Made by a program: the position numbers and the translations under genes | The notes under the pieces: model-generated | Databases searched by the model: none | What the model saw: only the letters and a program-made list of their open reading frames with translations | What the model was told of the DNA's origin: nothing | Part shown: in pieces, positions 50,101-61,950 of the stretch | How the letters are laid out: each line of letters begins with the position of its first letter | Numbering within the stretch: the stretch's first letter is position 1 | Source of the DNA: Balanoglossus misakiensis | Lineage: Eukaryota; Animalia; Hemichordata | NCBI GenBank assembly: GCA_040954595.2 | Contig: CM082579.2 | Coordinates: 13,145,834-13,209,833 of the forward strand | Direction: 5' to 3' | Length of the DNA: 64,000 nucleotides

Positions 50101-51190
50101 TTGATAAGGTAAACTTTTTAATTACTTTGCACTATTTGATTTTGTTTAGGATAGGATGGGGTATGATTGCAAAAAAAAAAAATTATTATCAATTGAAAGT
50201 AATTAATCTGATCCTGAATGTTGATCTTTCCCCAAAAGAAAAAACAATACACGATAACATTTCTTCACCAATGGCAGTATATCATAATTAACACAAAATC
50301 TGAGATGTCTTAATTGTCTTAGGAAATGTCCAATTTCTAAAAATTACATAATGTAGTAGGATGTAAAAGACAACCTGCACTGAAAACTTGTGAACTTGGC
50401 ATGGGCAGGCAGTGTTTCATCCAGGACACGGGTGAATTAGGCGTTCTGTTCGGGGAAACAAATAATCAAATAAATAAACAAACAAACAAATAAGAATCAA
50501 CAACCACCATCATGATAAACAACGCAGTGTCTTGAATTAAGCCAACCACTTGTGCGATCGAGCAGCTGACACAAGAAGTGGCTTGTGTCAAAGGTCCCAT
50601 CCGTATGTTAGTAAATTGGCATATAGGAGGAAGCTGTCCAACTCCAACTTGAAAACTGCTCGACACTGTTGAATATTTGCCATTTTTTACCCTCTAAATG
50701 TCTGACATGTATAAAATTTCTACCCCATTTTAAAACATCAATAAACAGGCTATCATATCAGCATCGATTTATCAGTCTCTTTTACTACTGGTTGTTGCTA
50801 GCGCGTAAAAAATATGACTGCATCACAGTTTTTGAGGCGCATAGCAAGTCGTGGGAACATCAGGGTGTTTTATTGGAGCGGACTTCGTAACCCCAGGTCA
50901 ATTTCAAATACTTCCACTAGTAATAGTATTTCACTAGGCCTACTTTACTCTGGATATAAAAAAGACAATATTCTTTCTTAGTAAGTACGATGTGCCAATG
51001 TCAGCATACTTGATAAGTAACGGCCGTGGTAAAATTGTCCAAAAGAAGGTATGATTATGTAAATTTTATGGGAATTAGTCCTGACTCTATGATTTTTCCC
51101 AGGGAGAACACTGTCCCGATATATTGTCCCCCGAAAATGTGATCTGTCCCCCTTTTAACCTGCTGCGGGTCACAATCTTCCCATGCTTTC
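47115..51190. repeat. Nested long inverted repeat (foldback-like)
   Basis: Three concentric inverted pairs: ~47115-47257 / ~51050-51190, ~48140-48168 / ~50200-50232 and ~48493-48996 / ~49543-50046. Confidence 0.85.
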
Positions 51191-52220
51191 AAAAGCTGGC
51201 TGGACTTTGAAGTGGCAAATTTAATTCAACAAAAGGGAACATGTAGCCAGGCCAAAGACAGCACATGTTTTGTAAGAACCGTTATCAAAAATTTAATGCA
51301 TTTCTGTTTCAAGGCTGAAGTAGTGAGGATTAATCCTTGTTCATAGGTTGTCACACTCTTTAAGTATCACTATTTTCATATCCATAGAAAAAATTTCATA
51401 AAATGTATGATCTCCAACGATGCATCACAGGGAAATTTTTTACGACTTTTCTGCTAGTTTATTTTATGAGACCATTAAAAGGCTTCCTGTCATTATAGGG
51501 ACTACTCTCATTTGCATGTTGCATATTTGCTGCATTTTTATCACCAAGTTTTTCAAATTCTTCTACGGATGCATTGATATCAGGGGACAACAGTCTTATT
51601 GTTGCAAATCCCATGGTTTAGACCCCCAAGGCACTGGCTATTCTTTGTTTTTGGATGAAACTGGTTTTCCCTCTGGGCCCTCTGAGTCAGTTATGCAAGT
51701 GCAATTCATTGTTAATGACATTGCCTCTGCTGGATTGACAGTTGCAGGGGTTAATCATAGCACCTCACAAATGATCCACAAGACTGACAAATTGGTTGAA
51801 GACCTGGAGAAATTCACGCAAAGTGAATACTGCTGGGAGCTATATTGAAACACAATGTAGACAGACACATTTCACAATACCATCCAATATGCTATGGCAT
51901 CAATATTCAATCAGTCACTGTTAAACATTCAGTCTGCATGACTTGTGTACTTTCCACCTTGTTGTAAGAGTTGCTCGATTTGCTTGACATCTCTTGCTTT
52001 GGCTGTATTTGCCTGAATAGCAAATCTGCAAATTGTTTGAAATCTTTTATTTTATCTTTGATTGTAATCATTTATCTTGTTTGAATACATTTTTTAGTTT
52101 TGATGCAATTTTTCTGACCTTTACTTAGTGTTTGTTGTTGTTTATTCCACAACATTGTTTTTGTTTAAAACCCAAGTTGTGAGTTTTCTCAAGAAGATAC
52201 GAGTGACAGTTTGAAAAGCG

Positions 52221-52273
<53 letters not shown>
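52221..52273 (+). repeat. 53-nt poly(A) tract
   Basis: Direct observation. Confidence 0.95.
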
Positions 52274-52275
<2 letters not shown>

Positions 52276-52615
52276 ACTAGAATACTGGCGTAGCTTGTTC
52301 ACTCGATTGCTGCAACCTCCAATGAAAAGTTACAATGAATCGGTAGCAGATCATGCAAATGCCTGTTGATCTCCGACATATTTGAAACTCAAGTAAAATG
52401 TGTGGACACAAGATTTTGAAGTCCCTGATTAGAAATGTTTACCCACTTATGATAAAAAAGTAGCGCCCTAACCATAGCACATGAGAACCCGTCTTAACAA
52501 TTTCCTCAGGGTGCCTCAAGTAAATTTGATTTTGAAATGTCCTCTGAAATGCCCCAACCTGTCTTCGCCCAAACTGCCCCCCCCCCTCCTCCTCAGTAAT
52601 ACCCATTTTGATAAA

Positions 52616-52775
52616 CCTGTCTGTCTGTCCATCCGTCCGTCTGTCCGTCCGTCCGTCTGTCTGTCTGTCCATCCGTCCGTCCATCCGTCCGTCTGTCTGT
52701 CTGTCTGAGTGAGTGAGTGAGTGAGTGTACACATGTATTTGTCCAAACTTTTGAATAGTTTAGTTAGTTAGTTTG

Positions 52776-52819
<44 letters not shown>

Positions 52820-52830
52820 CAGTTCTTAGT
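52616..52830 (+). repeat. Microsatellites (CTGT/CCGT, GAGT, TTAG)
   Basis: Direct observation. Confidence 0.9.
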
Positions 52831-53429
52831 TAATTAGTATAAGTTTAGTATTTAGTTAATTAGGCTTATTAGTTTAGGAAGCATAGGTTTAGTTAGCGTA
52901 CATTTATTTACTTAGTTTATTTACTCAGTGTATATATTTATTTATTTTATTTATTTAGTTCAATGCAGATGTGTACACTTATTATTAAAAAATTAAAAAA
53001 ATAAATATTTTTTAAATGTGTGGTCATATATCTGCACTGACTGGAGGGGTAATATGAATTCTGGCTGCCTTAAATAGGATTTCACTCTGTGCTAGGGGGG
53101 TCAAATCACATTGCATTCTGGGCAAAAAGTCGACAACCCACTGTAGTAAGAGTTAGAAGAAATGATATGTTTACTGTATTTCATGACTTCCTTTGGACAA
53201 ACATGTCTATTTTTGTAGTTAGCAACTCATTTTAACTTTTTTCACATTTTGTTATTTTTTATGTTAAAAAGTTTCAGAATGACCCATCATCACTTTAGCT
53301 CATGAACTCCCATTTTTTAAACATGGCAAAAATCGGCCATCTTGAAATTGTGTTGACCATATGAGATTTTCATCACTCACTTAGGTAGCTTAAAACCTAT
53401 TTAAGGTGGGGAGAATTGGTTGCTGTAAC

Positions 53430-53457
53430 CGTGGAGGTACTAGAGAGTACCTCCATG
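53430..53457. mobile_element. 28-bp palindromic micro-insertion with 7-bp TSD (P-element-like ends)
   Basis: CTGTAAC|CGTGGAGGTACT-AGAG-AGTACCTCCATG|CTGTAAC. Confidence 0.65.
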
Positions 53458-54519
53458 CTGTAACAAAGCTTTCATTTATTCTGAGGGGCGGAGGCACGAG
53501 AAATTGGGGTCAATCAGTCGTGTTAAATGCAGATCTCTCCCAGCAGCAGAAAATTTCATAAGTGTTACCCTCCCTCTATATTAGTCCAAATTTGTATAAT
53601 GACGTAACCCTCGCATAAAGGGTATGTTAAATTTAGATGCAAGTATGCCACCTCAGCTTGGTCATATCAAACTGTACCCACAGTGCTTCAATGTGACCCT
53701 CTCTCTAGTCCTCATTTGTATAATGTGCGTCTACCACAAAGGACCATGTTAAGTTTCCACCTTCTTGGTCCCATAAAATCTATCCAAATAAACAAGGTTG
53801 TTTATGGTTTCACCAACATCAAGAATCAGGAATACAGAGGTAATTGACCAAACAATACAATTCGGACTTAAATCATAATTGTATAATTGTAAAATTCTGA
53901 GTTCTCACTAAGCAGGCGCCGGGCCATCAAGACATCTGGTCAGCTACTTTGCAGAACAGGTCACCTATTCTTTCTCTATCAACAGTACCAGAGAATAGCA
54001 CCATGGCATTCTATGTCTAAGTTTGTCAATCAACCAACCAAGTGAAAAACAAGATCCTAATTCAACCGTTGCCATTGCAAATAAACTTCAACATTTGAAA
54101 TCAATGTCAGAGCAATTAATGTTGTAAAGTTAAAGGTCTGATGAACCATTATTGCCTTTGAACATCACCACATTATGACTCAGTGAGATGATCAATGCAG
54201 GACTGTGGCGGCTGGCAACTTAGTATAGGTTGCAAGATCAAAAATGTTTAGTTCTACTTTTTCTAGTGTTTGTTAAATATACCATAATTTTCAGTGATAC
54301 CCTTGAAAAAATAAGCTCAATGTGTCTTCTTTACATCTACATGATTTGATGAGAATTGACTTATGTTTTCAACAAAAACAACTTTTGTATTGTATTGTAC
54401 TAAAAAGAATAATCTTATTATGGCTCAATAGTAAATTAATAGTAAACACAACAAAATCACGTCACCACAAAAAGGACAAAAACATTATACATATCAGGGA
54501 TTAACTTTCCTGGTGGCCA

Positions 54520-55860
54520 TTGGCACAAAGCTGTTGCTGAACCTCAGCTTAGACCACTTAAGGCAACGACGTCTATGACTTGAGGGTAACATTTCAAAGG
54601 AGAAATACAATGGATGGTTTACATCAGCAGTGATTGCTCAAGCTCTGAGAGAACCGGTGTGGGTCTCCCAAAAGATGCTTGTCGCTTTTAACAATGGAAA
54701 GCAATAACACACATTGCAGTAAGTCCAGAGTGGTTCAACAATACTCCAGTACAACAAAAGTAGCAGATGTGAATTAACATGAAAGGAACACAACCTCTTG
54801 AGCATGTGCAATCTTTGCTGTCATTTCTTTTGAATAGCTGTTGTGTGCTGACTAAAGGAGAGTTAATTGTTAAGAATATCACCAAGATACTTAAAAAAGA
54901 CCACCTGTTCATTGGGTTCACCATCAATACAAATTGGGACATTTGGTCCTGATACCCGACGAAAGTTAACGTTAAGTTCTTTTGTCTTTGAAACATTAAG
55001 CTGTAGAAAATTTGAATTACAGCTATTAGAATAATACTTTACCAAGTTTACATATTCCGTTTCTGAGTTTGTGTCATTTAAAAGAACAAGTACAGCTGCA
55101 CTATCAGAGAATTGGAAAGAAATGAACTAGTTGAACAATTACTCTGTATAGAAAATGAACGAAAATGGGCTAAGCCTGAAGATACAGCCTTGGGGGCACT
55201 GGTATTGGTGAAGACCACAGTAGATAGGCCTCCCCTACTCTCTCACAATGTGGTCTGTCAGTTAGGAAGTTATAAACCCAATAAACTATTGCAGGTGCAT
55301 GGTACACCTACCTGCAATGATATGTCTATCATAATGTGACGCTAAGTGCTGTTGAAAGAAGAACTGAAGTCGATGAATATAATCCTGGCATAGTGCCCGG
55401 CTTTATCAAGGTGTTTTAAAAATTTATGAAGGAGACAAGCAGCTGCGTCATCCGTACCTTTAGGATCTACTTTTGACTGAACATAGGGGAGTAGATGAGA
55501 CAATATCAAACATTTCATTATGAAGGATGTTGCTTTAGCTCTGAAGAAAAAGTAATTTTAGGAACTGGAAATTTTTTGAAGTCCTCCAAATTTTGGGTGT
55601 AGTGCCTGTATCAATAGAGCGCTGAAAGAAATTCTGAAACAAGGCCTCTAGTCCATCCACACACGCCTTCAGCACACTGCCAGTTATACCATCTGGGCCA
55701 GGGGCTGTCCAAGGTTTCATATACGATACTTGAGTTGTCGCACTACATCACCCACAGTGATGACTACATCATTCTGGCATGGGGTTGGACAGGAGGACAG
55801 CCTCCTGTCACACTCCTCAGAGAAGTCTTGCTTGTCAAAACCTTGTATAAAATATGTTAA
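54520..55860 (-). mobile_element. Degenerate Rex1/Babar-like non-LTR retrotransposon, RT region
   Basis: Broken frames give APGPDGITGSVLKAC...PKIWRTS, IIFIDFSSSFNS, SAPQGC and NFLQLNVSKTKELNVNFR. Confidence 0.75.
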
Positions 55861-57456
55861 TATCAGAAGCCAATGATTGTGAATCTGAAGGAGATAAAAC
55901 TCGTTGTACACTGATTTGACCAGACATCTTTTTTTCAAATACTGAAAAGCTTTCCTCATTGGGCGCATGATTTCATGACACAATAGACAATAAGGTACAG
56001 TTGTGTTTGTGGGTGCTCCATAAGGTATTCGTTTTGAGACTAAGTGATAGCTCTGATCCTGCCCACCCAGCACTTGTGTAAATCAAAACTTAAAGTGTTA
56101 AATTTTCCGCTCATGCAGTGATTGAAATGGCATGGCATTTGACCTTACCCCCTCCTGCTCCTCTCCCCTTCCTCCCACCATAGTTGTGTCTGGGGCCCTG
56201 ATGGGGGATAGGTCTCATTTTATAGCACACAATAGCCGGTAATGTTTTCGGTTGGGTTCACAGCAGAAGTACTAACTCGGCCATAATCAAAACTATTGTT
56301 TTCCCTTACTGTGTTTTCTTCCTTTGAAAATGATAATCGTTGGATATGTAGAGACTGTTTATTTTCTTCTGTTTAAATCTGAGAAAGATGACTGTAAATT
56401 ACCCCTTCCAACCTCATGCAGTTGTCTGTGGTATCTACATATGTACCTGGTATCTCAAAGTTTTAACAGCTTCAAAACATTTATGCCAACCAGACTGAAA
56501 CTAATTTTACTTCCCGAACAATGTTCTTGTCACTGATTCTAATCTAATTACCAGATGGAATACTACACAAATGGGGAGGTCACATAAGAAATCAGATACT
56601 GTGCATCTAACTGCACAAATACCATTATCCCTGACCACAACTGGGTATCATTGGCAAACATAATCATTTACAAGTATGTACTATGTAATGGAATACCAGC
56701 TGTATAATGGAACACTCAATCGACAAGAATATAGCTTTATGAAATGTGACCTTCACCTTCTACATTATTATTTTGAAAAAATGCCTCCCCTCCAATTGGT
56801 CCCCCCCCCATGCATTAGCTGAACACTCCCTTGGTTAGACATGGTCTAGGTGCCTGTAGATTGCTGGATAAATTCAGAATGTGTGCAAAGAGACATGTAC
56901 ATCATCTGATCTGCTTGGCCTCTATATACTTGTATATGTTAACGTCCAAACAGACCGATCCTTGTAGGCCAATCAAAGCACACCGTGGGGTTAGATTGTA
57001 AGCAGTCTAACTGCACAAATTCATTTTGCAAGCAAGCCTGTTTTAATTTATGCCACATAACAAAATCCCTACCTTCAATAATTTTAAGTGAGTGTATTCT
57101 GGTACAGTGCAGTGTTTCCTTGTAATGTTTCAAACCTGCGCACACATAAACAGTAGCTAAAAATAAACAGTATTCTGGTACATGAAAGCTCATTCAGTGC
57201 AATGATTCCATTGCTCATCTGAGCTTCAGAAAACTTTGGGTACAACACTGTCCACTAGCAGTGTTACATCTAAAAATAGAAAGTCGGTTTGTATTTACAA
57301 GATTCAAAACGTACTCCACTACTCAACTCCTATAGTTAAACATTTGGCACACAAGCCAATTTGAGAAATCTCCCAACACATAAATGGGACAGTAACAGGA
57401 GTTGCATGAAAGCTTGGCCACTCACAGAAAAATAACAGAACTTAATATCACATTAA

Positions 57457-57958
57457 AGGCACGTAAGCTGCAACTGGATAAAAAATCAATGTTTTAAATA
57501 ATCTCATATATGCTGTTAATTATATCTATTCAATGCTATTTCATGATAATATATCAAGCTCAACACTTATTTATGACAAAATGGCAAAAAATTAAGAAAA
57601 ACGAAAATTCCTGATATTTTTAAAAAAGTGCAATATTGCAATGAAAAATGAAAATCTGATGTCTCAGTGGTGTACATTTACTTCCATGAGCTCAAGTGGA
57701 TGAGATCATGATTTGTTTATGAAGTTTCACAACCGGAAATGCGACATTTTCATTGTTTCTTTCATTTTCCCACGGTGGCGGCCATAATCGCTTGCGGCAA
57801 AGCTTATTATTTATCTGGTTAAAACTTGCATATGTACTCATATTTAGGGTTTATAATGCTTGTGTATAGTTCACTGCCTTCATCTGCATGGACTAATGGT
57901 AGTGCAGTGTGAAACAAAAATTATGAAAATTATCCCAAAAGTTACAGCTTACGTGCCT
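57457..57958. mobile_element. Kolobok-like MITE (TTAA TSD); a truncated relative lies at ~48170-48490
   Basis: TTAA|AGGCACGTAAGCTGCAACT ... AGTTACAGCTTACGTGCCT|TTAA. The first ~320 bp align with 48170-48490. Another related left end begins at 57963. Confidence 0.85.
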
Positions 57959-58324
57959 TTAAGGCCCCATGAGCTGCAACTCAATAAAAATTTGTCATGC
58001 TTTCAATCTCTCCAATAATCTTGGATAGGCTTTTAATTCTGTCAGCTGGAAAGTAAATAAATATGAAGGTTTTTTTTGTGAGTGAATATTGTTAAAAAAC
58101 TTGGATGTCCAGAAATTGCCTCCAATGTGTGTTCGTTTTTTACCTGGCAGTGTGTTAAAAATTCACACTATCCAGATTTTCTAACATACCACTGTTTGAC
58201 TTTCCTGAGGTATTAATAGCAATATGCGCATACTACAGTAGTTATCTACTGTTGCAATAGACAGTTGAAGAAATGAGTGTGGCACCTTTTTATTCTTTGT
58301 TGTACATACTGGTATTTACATAGT

Positions 58325-61300
58325 TGAGGTCGCGCTACGTGCTGCACCCACTGCTTTTAGTCTCTCCAGTTTTTGTCATTTTAAACGTGTTTTTCGCACC
58401 TTCGCCGTTATATTCCTGCTCGAGTTGGTTTATGAATGTCTGGACCCTACCCTACAACTTTTACTGACATCTCAACTTTCCTGCTTTTGGAACTACAGTG
58501 GTTTTTAGTTTACTTTCGCCGGTCTCAGTATTTCAATAGTCGCCATCTTTCCAAGTCATGCCTCCACCAGTGTATACTGCTGCCACCTTGATGAACATCG
58601 GTAAGAATGTCATGAATGACCGCCTATTGTCCAGGATAACTATCACCTTATGGAACAAGCTCAAAGATTTGAACTTATGTAAGACTCTGAATACCAAAAG
58701 AGGCTGCTTTGCAGGCAGACAAAAGAAACGATGCATCTCAACACGAATAACGCCGTATCACCTGTTCAACAAATGCAGAATAGCCAATCAGTGTTCCCGT
58801 GTTACTTATGGTAATCTCCTCAGGATTCCTACTACTGAATATTCAAATAGCTATGGCGAACTACTGCATAACAATAATCAGTCTCAGACTGGTTTTGTTC
58901 CAGCGAAAGACAAATCACACAATATTCCAGTCGACTTATCTCCTGTCACGAAGCCATCCATCGATCAGCATCCAAGAAATGTTCTACGCTGCGCCTTCAT
59001 GAACTGTCGATCATTGTGCAATAAATCCACAGCTATCAACGAATTCCTGCAAGACTGTCATTTGGATGTTTTAATGCTTGCTGAAACGTGGCTTCGTGAC
59101 GATGACAGTGATTCATCCCTCATCAATGAAACTCTGCCACCAGGCTATAGCATCATCAGTGTTCCGCGTAAAGGTCGTGGGGGAGGCATCGCTACGATTT
59201 TTAAATCTTCACTGTTAGTGTCACAATGTCCACCTTCTACCTCAATCAAGTCGTTTGAATTAATGGAGGTACGTATAAAAACTCCATCGTCGCATATCAC
59301 ACTAGCCACGGTTTACCGTCCTCCTCCGAATAAAACAAATGGTTTCACTGTTGATGACTTCGTTAATGACTTCACTGACTTCTTGTCTTCTCATCTCACC
59401 AACAACGCCCCTCTTGTCATCACTGGCGACTTCAATTTTCATATTGACAATCTGAACTGCCCAAATGCCCGGAAATATCATGACATTCTGGAGTCGTTTT
59501 CTATGAGTCAATTGATAACTTCTCCTACACATCGTGCTGGCCATACTATTGACCATATCATTACTCGTGCTGATGACAGTACCATCGCTGATGTCCGAGT
59601 TGAACCGATCCATGCGATCTCTGATCATTTCCCAGTGTTATTCTCAATACGCAATTACTCTTACGTTAGAAACACGCGTAAATCTGTTACATCAAGGGAT
59701 ATGAAATCCTTTTCCGCTAATGGTTTCGCTGCTGAATTATCTGCATCCATCCGCCTTCAACCCGATGCTGACGTATCTACTAATTGGGATTTGCTTAAAA
59801 ACACTGTTAGCGATATATTTGATCGCCATGCACCAACCCGTGTGAGACTAGTGCCAAATAGGCGACCAGTGCCATGGATTAATCAGTCAATCATCGATGC
59901 CCGGTTGAAAAGAATGAAGGCAGAAAAAATGTGGAGAAAATCTAGGTTGGAAGTACATCGCCAGATTTACAGGGCCTGTCGGACCGACGTCGTTCGCCTT
60001 GTGGATGCTGCTAAAAAGAACCATTATGTCGGCCTTGTTGACGAGTGCTCAGGTAACCAAAAACAATTATTCAAGGTCGTAAAGGGACTGCTTGGTCACA
60101 ATAACACATCCACTGTACTACCAAAACATGATGATTCTCTGGAATTAGCAAATCGTTTTGCAAAATTCTTCATTAATCGCGTAAAATCACTAACTATAAA
60201 TATGGGCAATTCCATTCGACATCATTCACAACCACAAGCTGAATTGAAATCCGATTGTCGCCTTAATGCCTTTGAGCCTACAACAGCTGATGAAATTGAC
60301 AAGGTTATTCGTGCATCGCCTTCATCTACTTGTTGCCTTGATCCGATTCCTACCAAGATCTTCAAACATTCTAACATTTTACAAGTTTTGTTACCACATA
60401 TCACAGAAATCTTCAATAACTCTCTGCAGTATGGTGCTGTACCTCCTCATTTCAAGGAAGCCATCGTTAAACCTCTACTTAAAAAGCCATCTCTTGATCA
60501 TGAAGTTCTCAAAAATTTCCGTCCTGTATCCAACCTGCCGTTTTTGTCGAAGATCCTGGAACGTATTGTTGCCAAGAGACTGACTTCTCACATTGTCAAC
60601 CATTCATTGGACGAGCCTTTGCAATCTGCTTACAAGCCAGGACACAGTACTGAGACTGCTCTCCTCAAAGTAACAAATGACATTTTGCTTGCTCTTGATG
60701 AAAAAAGAGATGTTTTCTTGGTATTACTCGATCTTTCCGCAGCATTTGACACTGTGAACCATACCATTTTACTCAATCGCTTAAGAGACCGCTTCGGTCT
60801 CTCAGATACTGTTCTCATGTGGTTTAAGTCATACCTTTCCAATCGTAGTCAGTGTGTACTTGTAAATTCCACCCAATCACCTTTTTATCCGCTCGACACT
60901 GGGGTACCACAGGGATCAGTTCTTGGTCCCATACTTTTCAATATGTACACGTCTCCATTAGGTGAATTAGTTCAAAGTCATGGTTGTCTTTATAGTTTTT
61001 ATGCAGATGAATCTTCACTTTATATGTCTTTTAGTAAAGACAACGCAGCAAGAACTGTTTCAAATCTTGAACTTTGTATTTCTGATGTTAGGTTTTGGAT
61101 GTCTGAAAACTTCTTGTGCTTAAACGATGATAAGACTGAATTTGTTATTTTCTCTGGTATTTTGGGTGATCTGTCTGCTAGAGGGATTTCAGAAATTCGT
61201 GTTGGCGATTCTCTGATTCCCGTCCATTGTCAGGCTAAGAGCCTTGGAGTGATCCTTGACTCTTGTCTGACAATGAAGCCACATATTGGACAGATCTGCC

Positions 61301-61950
61301 GCTCTGCCACTTTTCATTTACGTCGCATTGCGCTTATCCGCAAATATTTATCTCATTCAGCTACAGAGCAATTAGTTCATGAATTCATTACGTCTCGAAT
61401 TGATTCATGTAATTCACTTTTATTTGGGCTCCCGAAGTATTCAATCAACCGTATCCAACGCGTTCAGAATATTGCTGCTAGAATTGTAACTCGTTCTAAA
61501 ATCACCTGTCACATCACTCCAATTTTGTATCAGTTGCACTGGCTACCTGTTACAGAGCGTATTGTTTTTAAGATGTTAGTTCTCATTTCTAAATCCATTC
61601 ATAAACTTGGTCCAATCTATCTTTCTAGCATGACTAATCTATATGTTCCATGTCGCAATTTAAGGTCAGCTGATCAGTTCAAACTCTGCCCTGTTCGATC
61701 ACGCACCAAGAGTTATGGTGATCGCGCTTTTACTGTTGCTGCTCCAATTCTTTGGAATAATCTTCCACTCACCATTCGCCAGGCACCAGACTTATCTGTT
61801 TTTAAATCAAATGTTAAAACTTTACTTTTTAAATCTGTTTTTTAGCCATTTGTTGTATTGTACTTTTGCTTTAAGCGTCATTGATCACATTTTTTTGTGG
61901 ATACTGACGCTATACAAATAAATTATTATTATTATTATTATTATTATTAT
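58325..61950 (+). mobile_element. CR1/L2-group LINE, near full length, single ORF
   Basis: Long APE-RT ORF, short 3'UTR with stem-loop agcgtca...tgacgct, then an (ATT)n tail at ~61922-61950. The 5' boundary is approximate and no TSD was found. Confidence 0.85.
58558..61845 (+). CDS. APE endonuclease + reverse transcriptase, 1095 aa
   Basis: Endonuclease motifs NCRSL, AETWL, YRPP, GDFN, SDH; RT motifs FRPVSNL, QSAY, LDLSAAFDTV, GVPQGSVLGP, YADE (YADD expected), LHWLP. Confidence 0.95.
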   Translation: MPPPVYTAATLMNIGKNVMNDRLLSRITITLWNKLKDLNLCKTLNTKRGCFAGRQKKRCISTRITPYHLFNKCRIANQCSRVTYGNLLRIPTTEYSNSYGELLHNNNQSQTGFVPAKDKSHNIPVDLSPVTKPSIDQHPRNVLRCAFMNCRSLCNKSTAINEFLQDCHLDVLMLAETWLRDDDSDSSLINETLPPGYSIISVPRKGRGGGIATIFKSSLLVSQCPPSTSIKSFELMEVRIKTPSSHITLATVYRPPPNKTNGFTVDDFVNDFTDFLSSHLTNNAPLVITGDFNFHIDNLNCPNARKYHDILESFSMSQLITSPTHRAGHTIDHIITRADDSTIADVRVEPIHAISDHFPVLFSIRNYSYVRNTRKSVTSRDMKSFSANGFAAELSASIRLQPDADVSTNWDLLKNTVSDIFDRHAPTRVRLVPNRRPVPWINQSIIDARLKRMKAEKMWRKSRLEVHRQIYRACRTDVVRLVDAAKKNHYVGLVDECSGNQKQLFKVVKGLLGHNNTSTVLPKHDDSLELANRFAKFFINRVKSLTINMGNSIRHHSQPQAELKSDCRLNAFEPTTADEIDKVIRASPSSTCCLDPIPTKIFKHSNILQVLLPHITEIFNNSLQYGAVPPHFKEAIVKPLLKKPSLDHEVLKNFRPVSNLPFLSKILERIVAKRLTSHIVNHSLDEPLQSAYKPGHSTETALLKVTNDILLALDEKRDVFLVLLDLSAAFDTVNHTILLNRLRDRFGLSDTVLMWFKSYLSNRSQCVLVNSTQSPFYPLDTGVPQGSVLGPILFNMYTSPLGELVQSHGCLYSFYADESSLYMSFSKDNAARTVSNLELCISDVRFWMSENFLCLNDDKTEFVIFSGILGDLSARGISEIRVGDSLIPVHCQAKSLGVILDSCLTMKPHIGQICRSATFHLRRIALIRKYLSHSATEQLVHEFITSRIDSCNSLLFGLPKYSINRIQRVQNIAARIVTRSKITCHITPILYQLHWLPVTERIVFKMLVLISKSIHKLGPIYLSSMTNLYVPCRNLRSADQFKLCPVRSRTKSYGDRAFTVAAPILWNNLPLTIRQAPDLSVFKSNVKTLLFKSVF

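Noticed and set aside
52439-52746. TDGR/SVRP-repeat ORFs
   Set aside because: Translations of a CTGT/CCGT microsatellite.
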